Notes: a model not told the origin generated them from the letters alone. Counted from the first letter of the stretch, positions 1 through 14,100 are shown. The stretch is 64,000 bases of DNA from Mobula hypostoma (GCF_963921235.1 NC_086097.1:96474001-96538000); one strand, 5' to 3'. Program-made: numbers and translations.

Positions 1-229
1 GTCTGCATTATGGTACACAGCTTAAATTCTTGGCAGGAATAAATCCAGTAAAATCTGCCGTTTGTTTCGGTGAGGTTACCTGAAGGGCATGAGAATTTCA
101 GGCATGAAATCACTATTTTATTACTCATCTTTATTTCCCTGAATGTTTCTTAACTATTCTTTATTTTTTAGTTTACTGTATCCAACTGTGATTTATGTTT
201 TTTCTCATTTCTCCTTTTAAGCCCCTGTT

Positions 230-1121
230 CTGATGGCAGTTTCAAAACTTAGGCCTCTGTACCTCCCTCTGCAGCTGGATCCTCAACTTTCTTATTGGGA
301 CACCACAGTTAGTGCAAATTAGTAACATCTTCTTGCTGACAATCACTAAAGTTACACATCAAAGATGCACACTTAGCCCACTGCTCTATTCTCGCTACAT
401 TACTACAGCTGAAATGCCAACTATAAATTTGCAAATGACACTACTGCTGCTGCCAGAATCTCAGATGGTGATGAGCTGGCATACAGGAGTAAGACAGATC
501 AGCTGTTTGAGTGGTGTTGCAACAATCTCCAACTCAACATGAGTAAGATCAAGAAGCAGGTTTTGGACAGGATCTATCTTGGGCCTAACATATTGATGCA
601 ACCATCAAGAAGGTACACCAGTGGCTCTACTTCATTAGGAGCCTGAGGAGATTTGATGTGTCACCAAAGACTTGTACAAATTCCTACACATGTATGAAAG
701 ACAGCATTCTAACTGGTTGCTTCACTGCCTTGTATGGAAGCTCCAACATGCAAGATTAAAAAAAAAGGTGGCAGAGGATTGCAAACTTGTCAACTATCAT
801 GGGTACAACCCTCCCCACCATTGATGAAAAAACAGTGCCTCAAGAAGACAACATTGGTCATTTGGGACATGCCCTCCTCTCGTTACATCCATTGGGGAAT
901 AGTACAGGAGATTTAGGACCCACATTCAGCATTTTAGAAATATTTCCTCCACCATCATGCTTCTGAACTAGCCATGAACCACTGAACACCATTGCATTAT
1001 TCATTTATTTTACTATACATTCATTTTTGTAAGTTATAGGACTTGTGTCTTGCATTCTACAGCTGTTGCAAAACAAATCTCATGACATATGTCTATGAAA
1101 ATAAATCTGATTCTGATTCTG
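230..1121 (+). mobile_element. Degenerate Rex1/Babar-clade LINE, 3' fragment
   Basis: Decayed RT motifs ([17 protein letters not shown]); AATAAA followed by (TCTGAT)n tail at ~1100-1121. Confidence 0.7.
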
Positions 1122-1496
1122 CAGCAGGTGTACGGATACAGCACAGCTTCCCAGATGTAGTTATCCAGGATTCTAGTTCAACTTCCAATAAAAGTTAGCA
1201 CATTATTTAACCCAAACAGCCAGTACATCATACACTCAAGTTAATGTCAACATAACTTCTCCTAAACATTTTCTCCATAACCCTTTTGGATACTCATTCA
1301 TCAGAGTTCATTCTTTCTTAGAAACAACACATTGTTCAACATTTTATTTTCAGAGAAAGTATTTCTTCAGACCTGCAAAAAAAAATGATACTTTTCTTTC
1401 ACCTGTTTAAATTATACCTTTTCCAGAGTCCACATTCACAACAATGTGCTGCAGATCACTCTATTCATGCACAACTGAATCACCAAATGTGATGAG

Positions 1497-2168
1497 GAGA
1501 GGAGAAGATGGCGACGCGACACAGCACGCAGCGGCCACTCCAGTGATGAATATCTGTTATTTATCAAGTAGGATGCCATGCACAATCCTGATTTGATGGA
1601 GGCAGATGTGAGAAGCACGGAGGAACATCTGGTGAAACTTCTGAAATGCCTGTTTCTTTGCTGCTGCTTCTGTGCGATCCAGAGTCTCCGAAGGAGAAGG
1701 CCCCAAGTCCTCGGCTTTGCTTGTTGCTCGGCGGCCAGGGAGGGGTCAAAGCGCTCGGCAGGGATGGTGCTCGATGTCAGAGGGCTGGTCGGAGGCTCCG
1801 AGTTTTTGGACAGACTCAGAGTCGGCTGTGGTCGGATGCTTCCAGGATGCTGCATCGGCAAGGTTTGTGGCGCTGGAGGTGCATGGCAGGGAGAGTTTCT
1901 CCCTTCTACTGTCTGCATGAGATGATGGGGCTATCGGGACTTTGAGACTTTTTTTTACCATGCTCATGGTCTGCTCTTTATCAAATTATGGTATTGCTTT
2001 GCACTGTTGTAACTATATGTCATAATTATGTGGTTTTTGTCAGTTTTAGTCTTGGTCTGGATCGTGTTTCTGTGATATCATACTGGAGAAACATTGTATC
2101 ATTTCTTAATGCATGCATTTCTAAATGACAATAAATGAGGACTGAGCGTCCTCATAATCTAAAAAAAT
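1497..2168 (+). mobile_element. Non-autonomous retroposon with LINE-like ends and no RT ORF
   Basis: Starts GAGAAGATGGCG (YY1-like LINE 5' motif), GC/CpG-rich body, ends AATAAA + hairpin + AATCTAAAAAAA. Confidence 0.55.
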
Positions 2169-2302
2169 CATACTTATATCTGTTACATTGGGTGCAGAAG
2201 TAAATAGTGCAGATGTGTTACATATTTTAATACTGTGAATCAATAATTTGCTCCTGAGGTGTACACACATTTTCCCTTGTAATTAACAATATTATGGAGT
2301 CC

Positions 2303-5222
2303 AGAGCAAGATGGTGCTAGTGAATGACAACGTTCATTGCGATGTTCTGCAGGCTATGTACAATACTTCTAAATATACCTCTCTTGAATTAGTCTCACAG
2401 CATGTAATTTCCCTTTAAGCAACACACTTTTTAATCAACTTAATCATCTACAGATTTCACAACCTCAGAGGACCAAGCAGGTACAGCACCTTTAATCAGA
2501 CGAAGCTTCATTGCCATGGCCGGAAACGAGTCATGGGGTAGGGGTGGGGGTCCTCCAGGCTGAAATACAGAGGGATGAAGCCCCCTCTGTGCAGCATCTT
2601 GAATATGAAGTCACTGGAGAACAAAATTGAGGGCCTGAGGGCAAGTTTGCTGTATCGAGGGAAATGAGAGATTGTTGTGTTCTATGTCTGAGCGAGATGT
2701 AGCTTTCACGTGGCATGCCAGATACAGCTGTCTGATTTCTCAATTTATTGTATGGACTGAACTGCTGATTCAGAAAAAAGCAAAAATTGGAGCTATGTGT
2801 TTTATTATAAATTCTTGGTGGTGCTCCAATGTGGCGACTTTGTTCAACTCGTGTTCCCTCGACCTTCTACACCCAACAGTCAAATGCCATCTTGTTTTAT
2901 TTAGCTCGTGAGTGCTCCTCCATAATCCTGACCACGGTTTACATACCACCTGCAGCAGACTATAATGAAGTGCTTGAAATACTGCATGATGCCATCTCCA
3001 AACAACCGTCCATCTCAATGCATTTCAAATCACAGTCAGAGATGTCAACCAGGCTTGTTTGAAGAGAATCTTGCCCAATTACCATCAACATATAACCTGC
3101 AGCACCAGGGGTCCCAACACGCTAGACCACCAGTATACTCAGATAAGGGATGCCTCCTGTTCCACGCCAGAATATATTTCTGCAAATTGGATAAATTGGT
3201 CGTTCTTCTCCTATCTGCATACAGGCAGAGGCTAAAGCACAAAGCTCCAGAGATTAATATATCAGGAGTGGTTGCAGGAGGCAGAGGAGTGGCTATGGGA
3301 TTGCTTTGAGTCAATGGACTAGTCCGTGTTCAAGGACTCATCTGTGGATCTGAATGAATACACCATGATTGTCACAAACTATAGTGAAACAGTTGTAGAT
3401 GAGTGTGTCCCCTCAGAAACATTCAGAGTCTTCAAGAAACAGAAGCCCTTGATGAACCATGAGATCCGCAATCTGCTGAGAGCCATATCAGAAGCATTCA
3501 AGTCTGGTGACTAAGAAAGTTACAAGAGATCCAGGTACGATTTCTAGAAAGCCATCTCACAGGTGAATTGGCAATTCCATTCTAAACTTGAATCAATGAA
3601 GGGTACATGACAGTTCTGGAAAGGCTTGAATACCATCACCTCTTATAAAGTTATATCAAGTGACGCAAGTGACAACAGGACTTCACTTCTGCCACTGAGA
3701 TCTTTAGCTTCTTGCTTCAGCAGTTTGAGGTACCCACCAGCTTCAAGCAGGTTTCAATTATACCGGTGCCTCAATGATCATCATCCAGTAGCATGTATAT
3801 CCACAGTGATGAAGTGTTTTGAGAGACTGGTGATTAAACATGTCAGCTCCTGTTGTAGGAAGTGACTTGGATCCACTCTAATTTGCCCACTGGAGCAACA
3901 GGTCCACAGCAGATGTCTTATCATAGGCTCTTCACTCACCACTGTCACATCTGGACAGCAAGGATACATACATTAACATGCTCATTATTGACTATAGCTC
4001 AGCATTCAATACCATCATTCCCTCAAAACTAATCAATAAATTCCAAACCCTTGGCCTTAACTCCTCCTTATGCAATTGGATCCTTGGTGTCCTCACTTAT
4101 AGATCTCAGTCAGTTCAGATTGGCTACACCAACTTCACTACGAGCTCCATCAGCACAGGTGCACTACAAGACTGTGTATTTAGCCCCCTGCTCTACTTGC
4201 TTTATGTTTGAGTGGCTATGCACAGTTCCAATACCATATTCAAGTTATCTGAAGTCGTCACTGTGGTTGGCCAAATCAAAGGTGGTGATGAATCAGCATA
4301 CAGGAGGGACATTGAGTAAGAGATTGTTATGGCACCACTCAGCCAGATTTTCAATGTCAGCAAGACCAAGGATCTGATTATTGACTTCAGGATAAGGAAA
4401 TCACGTGTCTATGTGCCAATCCTCATCGGAAGCTCAGAGGTGGAGATGGTCAGCAGTTTTAAATTCTTTGTTGTTATTATTTTGGAGGACATGTCCTAGG
4501 TCTAGCATGCAAATACAATTACAAAGAAAGCACGGCAGCATCTCTACTTCCTTAGGAGTTTGCAAAAATCTGGCATGACATCTAACACTTTGACATCCTT
4601 TGACATATGTGCAGTGGAGAGTATATTGCATGGCTGTATCATAGTCTGGTATGGAAACACCAATGCCCTTGATGGAAAATAGTTGATATGGCCCATCCAT
4701 CACAGGTAAAGTGCCCCCCCACCACCACCAATGAGCAAATCTATACGAAACATTCTCACAGGAAAGCAGCATCCATCACCAGAGGTCCCCACCATCAAAG
4801 ACTTGCTCTGTTCTCACTGCTGCGATCAGGAAGAGGACACAGGTGCCTCAGAACTCACCCCACCAGGTTTAGGAACAGTTATTACCCCTCACCCATCAGG
4901 CTCTTCAACCGAAGGGCATAATTTCACTCAACTTCACTTGCCCAATCATTGAAAGGGTCCCACAACCTATGGATTCACTTTCAAGGACTGATCATCTCAT
5001 GTTCTCGATATTTATTGCTTATTTATTATTTCTTTCTTTTTGTATTTGCATAGCTTGTTGTCTTTTACACACTGGTTAAGCGGCAAAGTTGTTGCGGTCT
5101 TTCACTGATTCTATTATGGTTATTATTCTTTTGTGGATTTATTGAGTATGCCAAAAGGGAATGAATCTCAGGGTTGTATATGGTGACATACATGTACTTT
5201 GATAATAAATTTACTTTGATCT
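2303..5222 (+). mobile_element. Near full-length degenerate Rex1/Babar LINE (APE + RT remnants)
   Basis: 5' GAGCAAGATGG; fragments [46 protein letters not shown]; tail AATAAATTTACTTTGA. Confidence 0.85.
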
Positions 5223-8200
5223 GTTCTCCCACCCTCCATTTTGGAAATACCCTCTCTTTGCAAAAGTGCCTTTGACAAGATATATGGCAATAAATACTAG
5301 GCACTTTCCTCACTTTTGCTTGGCCAATATTCTGTTGTATGCTTCAAAGCATGCATAAAAATTGTTTAGAGCATCAGGGAGGGAGGCATCACTGGTACAG
5401 TTGACTTTATTTTTCCTTGCATTGTCAGTAATGCAATGCCCTTGATATTTTTCATTGCTGCCATTATTGTAGCTAAGCTAATTTAGCAACACGGGAAATT
5501 TGGGTATGCAGATTTGGATATCTTCATGTTGCACTAGATGAGAAACTTAGGCCTATTAAGAAATGTGAAATATACTAATTTTCCGACAATTACATGTTAT
5601 AGAAATGCAACTTAAACACTTTGCAAGAACACAATGAGAACTTTCCATAGTCCAGTTCTCATGGCTTATGATTGTATAATGCACTATACCACACTCTATG
5701 TCTTTATTAATGTGTACATAAAGTATTATTTCCAAAATAAAAAGAAAAAGAAAAAACTTCTGCAGACAGGGGGCTCTTGTTTCTGGGTATGATGTTTGCA
5801 TAATTTGGGATGTAACATTTTCTGCAAATAGATTATTGAACTGTGCTTTAAATATACAGCAAGAGTCCATGCAAAAGCCAAACTAAAGATACAATTCCAT
5901 GGTGACCTAGTCTGAGGACAGTACCACTTTGGTGCAGATGTATCTGGAGAATCTGTTTTTCAGCACATCCTAATATTGAAGCAGTGCTGTGGAACAAAAT
6001 ACTTTAAATTTTTGACCTCTAATATTGAAACTAGACATCCACAGTTCAGTAATTGAAAACATTTAATAACAATGCCAAATAACATTCTCTTTGCTCTGTC
6101 ACATCTCAGAACTTTAGCAACCTTTTTTACCCCCATTTCTCCAACAGCCTTCCTGAGTGTATCTGAATGCTCGAGTACTAGATCGATTACCCAAATGTCA
6201 AGTTTTGATCATAGTTGTAAACGCATAACTTCTATAAGACGTATTTTAAATTGTTGTCTTTCATATCCAAAGTATTCAATCATGTTACAAGAGTTTTAAT
6301 GTTTTCCAGTGATGCAATTTCAATGCTATCACAGCAAATAATTTTCAAGACATTACAGGAAATCTGTACCTCTTGTCAACAAGAATTGCACAAAATCACT
6401 GATACGCCAACACAAAACTGAGGGTGGTTATGTACTGAATTCCCATTCTACGGAATTTAGTATAAAATCTCATCTTCAACACTGACAGGCTAACAGAGTT
6501 AAAAGTACCGTTTTTCATATGGGACACTGAATCAAGGCTTCGCCTGCCCTCTTAACTAAACATTAAAAACCTATGGCATTTATCTGAAAAGGAAGAGTGA
6601 ATTTATTTCTTTCTTTCTTTCAAGCAACACTGACAGTTAATGATTACTTCCCTGGTTGGAAGGCAAATGAAGTTCCTCAAAGCTTATTTTTACAAATGTA
6701 GACGATTTTACAAAACAACCAACTTTCATTGCCGGACAAATATCCCAGTGTAGTTGTGCATGATATTCACAGGCACAACCAACAGGCAACATTGAACAAT
6801 GTGATGTTCTGGAAGTAAATGTTACTTTTTATCTTACCTCTGGAAATGATAGGTTTAAAAGCTCTTCTGCCCCTTAGTCCAACCATAATGTCAATAGAAA
6901 ACTTAATATTCACTGGCAGATATATTGCCTGAAGCAGGTGCATTCCAAAACTGCTGACCTTAAATAATGCCAATATATTTACATGGTGTACTGGTGGCAT
7001 CTGGTGGTAAAAACCAAGTACAACTAGAAAGACATTTTCAAAAAAAGAGCTGTGAATTAAATTTAAAACAACAGAAAATAACTCATCAATTAGTAACTTA
7101 TAAGTACTGAAGACATTTGCCTAATTGGCTCATTTGAGAGAAAATCTGATTTGCTTTTTATGGTTGATTTCCAACCTGAAAGGAATAAGCCATATTATAC
7201 AAACAGATGTGGTACGTAAGAAACTATCACATGCCCTCATCTGGGCCTCTCTGACCACTTCTCCATAATGTTAGTCCCAACTGCTGCTGAAAATGGAGAA
7301 AACAGTCAAAAGGACCAATACTGTATGGTCTAATGAGGCACACTCTATGTTTCAGGACTGTTTTGAACAGATCAACTGGCAGATGTACAAAGAGACTACC
7401 ATACACAGAGTAGGCACAAACTTCGACGAATATGCCTCATCTGTCATCAGCTACATCAGAAAGTGCGTAGACAACATTGGTACCCCAAGAACGGTCATCT
7501 CACGGTCCAACCAGAAGCCCTGGCTGAACGCACAGGTACATTCCATTCTAAAAGCCCAAGATGCTGCCTTCAAGTCCAGTGACAGAACAGCCAGGAGAAA
7601 CCTTATCTCAGTGTCAAGAAGGCAAAGACTGTCTATGCACAAAAAAAATTCAGGAACACCTGGCACATGTGGCTGGGTATCAAGGGCATTACTGACGATG
7701 CAAGGAAAAATAAAGTCAACTGTACCAGTGATGCCCCCCTCCCTGATGCTCTAAACAACTTTTATGCATGCTTTGAAGCATATAACAGAATACTGGCCAC
7801 AAAAGCTACCCCCTCCCAGGTGAGCAGCCACTGTCTGTAACAGCAGCAGACATGAGAAGAGCTCTACAGAGAGTCAACCCTCATAAGGCAGTGGGCCAAA
7901 TAACACCCTGAGAGAAGTACTCAGGGGGTGGGCACACCAGCTTATGGTTATCTTCAAGAACATCTTCAACACTTTACTCATCCAAGGTTTATCACCACAT
8001 GCTTCAAATAAGTCACCAGCATCCCTGTCCTAAAGAAAACTAGATCTTCAGAACTAAATGATTACCATCCATGGCAGTGACACCAATCAACAAGTGCTTT
8101 GAATAGCTGATAATGGCACATATCAAAAACAAACATTATTGCCATATTCGACACTGCTCTATGAAAGATGCCACAGCATCTGTCGTGCACCTGGCCCTGA

Positions 8201-8406
8201 CACTTATGTCAGAATGCTGCTTCTGAATTTAACTTCAGCATTCAACACTATTGTCCCACAGGACTTGGTGAACAAACTCCTACACTTCAGTCTAATGCAC
8301 AATTGTGCAACTGGGTGCTGGACTTCCTAACCAACAGACCTCAGATAGTCAGGATGCATGACTGCTCCTCTCTCCCATCATCCTCAACACAGGTGCCCCC
8401 TAGGGC

Positions 8407-11183
8407 CCCTACTGAGGACACAGCGTTCTACCTCCGACAGTTGAAGGTTGGAGGGGATGGTAAAGACCCGGCATGGATGAGAGCTGGGAACAGAGGGGGA
8501 AGGGGGGAGGCTGGGGGTGTCAGTGGAGAGGGGAGGGTTGGGGTGAGAGGAAGATGGAGCCTCTGAGGACCCAGGAGCTGACGATGGGATCTGAGGGAGA
8601 CGGGGAGACTCTGTCCTCAGTAAGGGCCTCAGCTTTGTCCCCCTTCGCCCACACCTCAGCGAGTTCCGCGTTCGCCATGATGCGGAACTCCTCTTCCGCC
8701 GTCTCCGAGCCTACTTCTTCGGCAAGGACTCTCCCACCCCCACCGATGACCCCTTCTCCCGTCTTCAACCCTCCTCTTCTTCATGGACACCCCACTCAGG
8801 TCTTCTGCCTGCTCTGGATCTCTTTATTGCCAACTGCCGACGGGACATCAACCGTCTCGACTTCACCGCATCTTGTTCCCATTCCAACCTCACTCCTTCT
8901 GAACGCTCTGCTCTCCACTCCCTCCGCACTAATCCTAACCTTACTATTAAACCCGCCGATAAGGGGGGTGCTGTTGTAGTCTGGCGTACTGACCTCTACC
9001 TTGCCGAGGCACAGCGACAACTCACGGATACCTCCTCTTATTTACCCCTCGATTGTGCCCCCACTAAGGAGCACTAAACCATTGTCTCCCACACCATCAC
9101 CGACTTTATCCGCTCAGGGGATCTCCCATCCACTGCTACCAACCTTATAGTTCCCACACCTTGCACTTCCCGTTTCTACCTCCTACTCAAGATCCACGAA
9201 CCTGCCTGTACTGGCAGACCTATTGTCTCAGTTTGCTCCTGCCCCACCGAACTCGTTTCTGCATACCTCGACACAGTTTTATCCCCCCTTTGTTCAATCC
9301 CTTTCTACCTATGTTCGTGACACTTCTCACGCTCTTAATCTTTTTGATGATTTTAAGTTCCCTGGCCCCTACCGCTTTATTTTCACCATCGATGTCCAGT
9401 CCCTATATACTTCCATCCCCCATCAGGAAGGTCTCAAAGCTCTCCGCTTCTTTTTGGATTCCAGACCTAATCAGTTCTCCTCTACCACCACTCTGCTCCG
9501 TCTAGCGGAATTAGTCTTTACTCTTAATAATTTCTCCTTTGGCTCCTCCCACTTCCTCCAAACTAAAGGTGTAGCCATGGGCACTCGTATGGGTCCTAGC
9601 TATGCCTGCCTTTTTGTTAGCTTTGTGGAACAATCTATGTTCCGTACCTGTTCTGGTATCTGTCCCCCACTTTTCCTTCGCTACATCGACGACTGCATTG
9701 GCGCTGCTTCCTGCACGCACGCTGAGCTCGTTGACTTTATTAACTTTGCCTCCAACTTTCACCCTGCCCTCAAGTTTACCTGGTCCATTTCCGACACCTC
9801 CCTCCCTTTTCTAGATCTTTCTGTCTCTATCTCTGGAGACAGCTTATCCACTGATGTCTACTATAAGCCTACTGACTCTCACAGCTATCTGGACTATTCC
9901 TCTTCTCACCCTGTCTCTTGCAAAAATGCCATCCCCTTCTCGCAATTCCTCCGTCTCCGCCACATCTGCTCTCAGGATGAGGCTTTTCATTCCACGACGA
10001 GGGAGATGTCCTTTTTTAAAGAAAGGGGCTTCTCTTCTTCCACCAACAACTCTGCTCTCAAACGCATCTCCCCCATTTCACGAACATCTGCTCTCACTCC
10101 ATCCTCCCGCCACCCCACTAGGAATAGGGTTCCCCTGGTCCTCACCTACCACCCCACCAGCCTCCGGGTCCAACATATTATTCTCCGTAACTTCCGCCAC
10201 CTCCAACGAGATCCCCACTAAGCACATCTTTCCATCTCCCCACTCTGTTTTCCGCAGGGATCGCTCCCTACACGACTCCCTTGTCCATTCGTCCCCCCAA
10301 TCCCTCCTCACTGATCTCCCTCCTGGCACTTATCCTCGTAAGCGGAACAAGTGCTACACATGCCCTTACACTTCCTCCCTTACCACCATTCAGGGCCCCA
10401 GACAGGGCCCCTGCCAGGTGAGGTGACACTTCACCTGTGAGTCGGCTGGGGTGATATACTGCGTCCGGTGCTCCCATTGAGGCCTTCTATATATTGGCGA
10501 GACCCAACGCAGACTGGGAGACTGCTTTGCTGAACACCTACGCTCTGTCCGCCACAGAAAGCAGGATCTCCCAGTGGCCACACATTTTAATTCCACATCC
10601 CATTCCCATTCTGACATGTCTATCCACGGCCAGCCTCCTCTACTGTAAAGATGAAGCCACACTCAGGTTGGAGGAACAACACCTTAAATTCCGTCTGGGT
10701 AGCCTCCAACCTGATGGCATGAACATCGACTTCTCTAACTTCCGCTAATGCCCCACCTCCCCCTCGTACCCCATCCGTTATTTATTTTTATACACACATT
10801 CTTTCTCTCACTCTCCTTTTTCTCCCTCTGTCCCTCTGACTATACTCCTTGCCCATCCTCTGGGTTCCCCCACCCCTTGTCTTTCTCCCTGGGCCTCCTG
10901 TCCCATGATCCTCTCATATCTCCTTTGCCAATCACCTGTCCAGCTCTTGGCTCCATCCCTCCCCTTCCTGTCTTCTCCTATCATTTTGGATCTCCCCCTC
11001 CCCATCCCACTTTCAAATCTCTTACTAACTCTTCCTTCAGTTAGTCCTGATGAAGGGTCTCAGCCTGAAACGTCGACGGTACCTCTTCCTAGAGATGCTA
11101 CCTGGCCTGCTGTGTTCACCAGCAACTTTAATGTGTGTTGCTTGAATTTCCAGCATCTGCAGAATTCCTGTTGTTTGTGTTTT
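8407..11183 (+). mobile_element. Penelope-like retroelement (RT + GIY-YIG endonuclease), 5'-truncated with 5' inversion
   Basis: ORF 9223-10221 with DVQSLYTSI, GVAMGTRMGPSYA, RYIDD, LPFLD, VYYKPT; GIY-YIG remnant VIYCVRC..LYIGET.R..HL...QPDGMNIDF (10430-10748); CT-rich 3' UTR and hammerhead-bearing pLTR. Confidence 0.92.
11043..11078 (+). ncRNA. Minimal type I hammerhead ribozyme motif in the Penelope pLTR
   Basis: GTC-CTGATGA-AGG(gtctcag)CCT-GAAA-CGTC-GAC: CUGANGA and GAAA cores, short stem II, palindromic minimal stem III, GUC cleavage triplet, stem I GTC/GAC. Confidence 0.75.
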
Positions 11184-14100
11184 TACAAACAAGACAAAGG
11201 AGATGTTTATTGACTTTAAGAAAACTCGTACCACTCACACCCTCTTTACATCAGCGATTTAGCAATGAAAATTACTAGCAGTTTCAAAATGCTGGGAGTG
11301 AACATCACATACAACCTCTCATGGTCTCAAAATACATCCTACACAGTCAAGAAAGCTCATCAATGTCTCTACTTAAGCGTGGCTTAAGAAAGCTGGACTT
11401 TGCACATCCATATTCACATCATACTACAAATGCACAATAGAGAGCCTCTGAAAAGCTGTATCACTGCTTGGTACGGAAACTGCAATGTGGCCTTCGGGAA
11501 GGATCTATAATGGGTAGTCTAAACTACCCAATGCATCATTGGCACCAGCCTACCTGCCATCAAGGACAAATATACATAAAGATGGTGGAAAGGGGCTAGT
11601 AACATCATGATCCCACATACCCTGCTCATGGACTGTTTGTCCCACTCCCATTTAGGGAGGAGGCTACGTAGCATCCATGCCAGGAACACCACACTCAAAA
11701 GCAGTTACTTTCCCCAAGCAGTAAGGTTGATCACTGCTCCACCACTACTTATTATTTCCCTTATGTACAGCTTAGTATCACTATGGAAATACAATCAATT
11801 TATATAAGCTATCTCAGGTATTTATATTTATTGAGATTTTTTTTTACTTTATTGTGCTCCTTATCTTTTGTGGGTTTTTTTGTGCTGCATCAGACCTGCG
11901 GTAACAACTGTTACGTTCTCCTTAAATTTATGTACAGGAAATGACATTAAACAATCTTGAATGAAAGGAAGACCCAGAGGAACTACATTGGTTTGATCAT
12001 AGCATCAATTCAAAGGAACAAGCAGTTAACTTTGCAATGTCCTCCACAGTTTCACTGTAACAGTGAAGGGTTTGTGTCAACATAGGAATAAAAGTTCAAA
12101 AGATTAATTATGAAACACATTCACAGGAGCATATTTATCAATGTCTCAAGAGTCCTCCATTCTATTCCTGAGTAGAGTACTAACGCACCAGAGTATAAGA
12201 ACTCTGAAAAAGTTGAAACAGAAGGGTGCTAAAATCTTCAACAATTTAGTCCCATGACATCAGCGAGTATGAGTAAGAAAACCCTTAGCTGATTACGAAG
12301 TATCGCTCTCCCTCAGTTAATGAATTACTACTTCCAGTTGAATATCACTTGGAAGGATCACACAGGAAGACACTCCATGGAATGTAGGAGTTCAATGGGC
12401 ATTTCTAAGAATAGTTTGATATACAGCCATTGAGCAAGCTGCACTAAATTCTAAAAAACAAAGATACCTACTAAACTAATAACAGATAATAAGGGCACTA
12501 CCACATAGAAAAAATCTATTTCATCTTGACCACATTAATCAACCCATACCAGATGCAATGAATGAAAATATTAGTAGAAATGACCATTGTGCAGCCTTTG
12601 AAGAGATAAAGTTTCATTTTTACTCTGTGGATACCATTAACTACCAGCATGCTCTAATGTCTCTGTATTCCAGCACAATCTGCACCACATGACCTACTTG
12701 TCCCTTATCCTATATGAATAAGTACTTAAATTGATAAAACTACTACATAAATGGAGTTAAAGAAAGAGGAAGCAGTTGCACAAAATCCTCATCATCAGCT
12801 GTCGACACCCAACAAAAGAGTGCAAAAGGTGGAATATGAAGTCTAAAGTTCTTATAAACATCTTTAGCATAAGTGCCCAGTGAGATATTAAGTGGTTAAA
12901 CAGAAGACACAGCAAAACAAGTCTTGACAACATATTGACTGCAGTACTCAAGGCCTATTCTTCAGATTTATTCACACGTCCAGCAAGTGCAACTATTAAG
13001 ACATCTATCCAATAAAATAGAAAATAACAAAAGACGTCATTTCACTTGCAAGTCCAATTTGCCTATCAAACTACTCATATTCTTGGAGTGATGAAAACTA
13101 TAATCAATTGTGTAACTGAGGGAGAATCTTGACACAGCCTGCCTGCTGAAGCTCATTTTGAGCTCCTTCAAGGAAACTCAATTCAAGACTTCATTACTGC
13201 AATTTATTAGCCCAATGGTGGTATAAAACATGGTAAAAAGAGGAGAAGGAGGACAGTAACTGCCCTTGACATCAAAAGATAAAATGATAAACACAATAAG
13301 CCTTGCACTTCAGACTAAATCTGGGATACAAGAAGATGGTTGCCATTTTTGGAGGTCGATCTCAGCCCCGGAATATTATTGCTAGTGTTGCTCAACGTAG
13401 CTTCCACACCAGCCACATTCAAACATTTTATAAATTACTTACCTATAACTTCAGTATAGAGAATGCTTGTTTTACTTACAACTCTTCAGATAATAAAACC
13501 ATCTGTTTCATAATACTCCATGACTTGGCTGACATCCAGACTTGGGCTTATAACATTCATCCAAACAAGAGTCATACAATGACCATGTGCAGCCTGAGCA
13601 GGTTTAAGCACTTGTCCTCCACGTTCAGTGGTATTACCAATGTTATCCCATTTCTACCTATATCAACTTCCAGAGGTTCAGCTTATTTAAGTCTCCATTT
13701 AGACAATTCAGGATATTAAAGCAGCCATATAGGGCAAGGCAACTCTCAACTCTATAAAAATCCTGGTCAAGGGTGTACCAGAAAATCCTATTAAGATTTC
13801 TTCAACAGCACTTTCAGACCCAAAATCTCTTTCACCTGAAAGGACACAGGCAGTGGACAGAATAGGAAAACTAAAACAGTAAAGTTCGCATGGAAATACA
13901 CCACTTCAGTGCCGATGGGTTGAAAAGTTGAATGTCACTACTAACTAGCAATATAGAAGTGGTTGAATACATGGAATGGAACAGGTCAAAATGATGATCC
14001 ATATCACTTTTCTATGGACACCTGCAGATGGGCAGCAAATTACATGACAGAAATTCCACAAATGATTAAAATATTAAGGTTCTTGCTAAATAGAAACAAT

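Larger units (their letters stand above)
7215..11962 (+). mobile_element. Degenerate Rex1/Babar LINE split by a Penelope insertion (parts ~7215-8406 and ~11184-11962)
   Basis: NQKPWLN, SAFNTIVPQ, CNWVLDFLTNRPQ left of the insertion; KTKEM.IDF and SYFPQAVRL right of it; tail ATTAAACAATCTTGAA. Confidence 0.8.

Noticed and set aside
1436..1967. Cluster of overlapping ORFs on both strands (up to 160 aa)
   Set aside because: GC-rich repeat body with few stops; no recognisable domain or splice context.
6838..6875. Minus-strand AEELLNLSFPE followed by a strong GTAAGA donor, reminiscent of the RMDN 'AEEL' exon
   Set aside because: Poor acceptor, no similarity beyond four residues, and the intervening RMDN exons are absent.
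13050..13960. Possible very old CR1/L2-like fragment
   Set aside because: Only faint motifs (ALDIK-like); too degraded to support boundaries or family.
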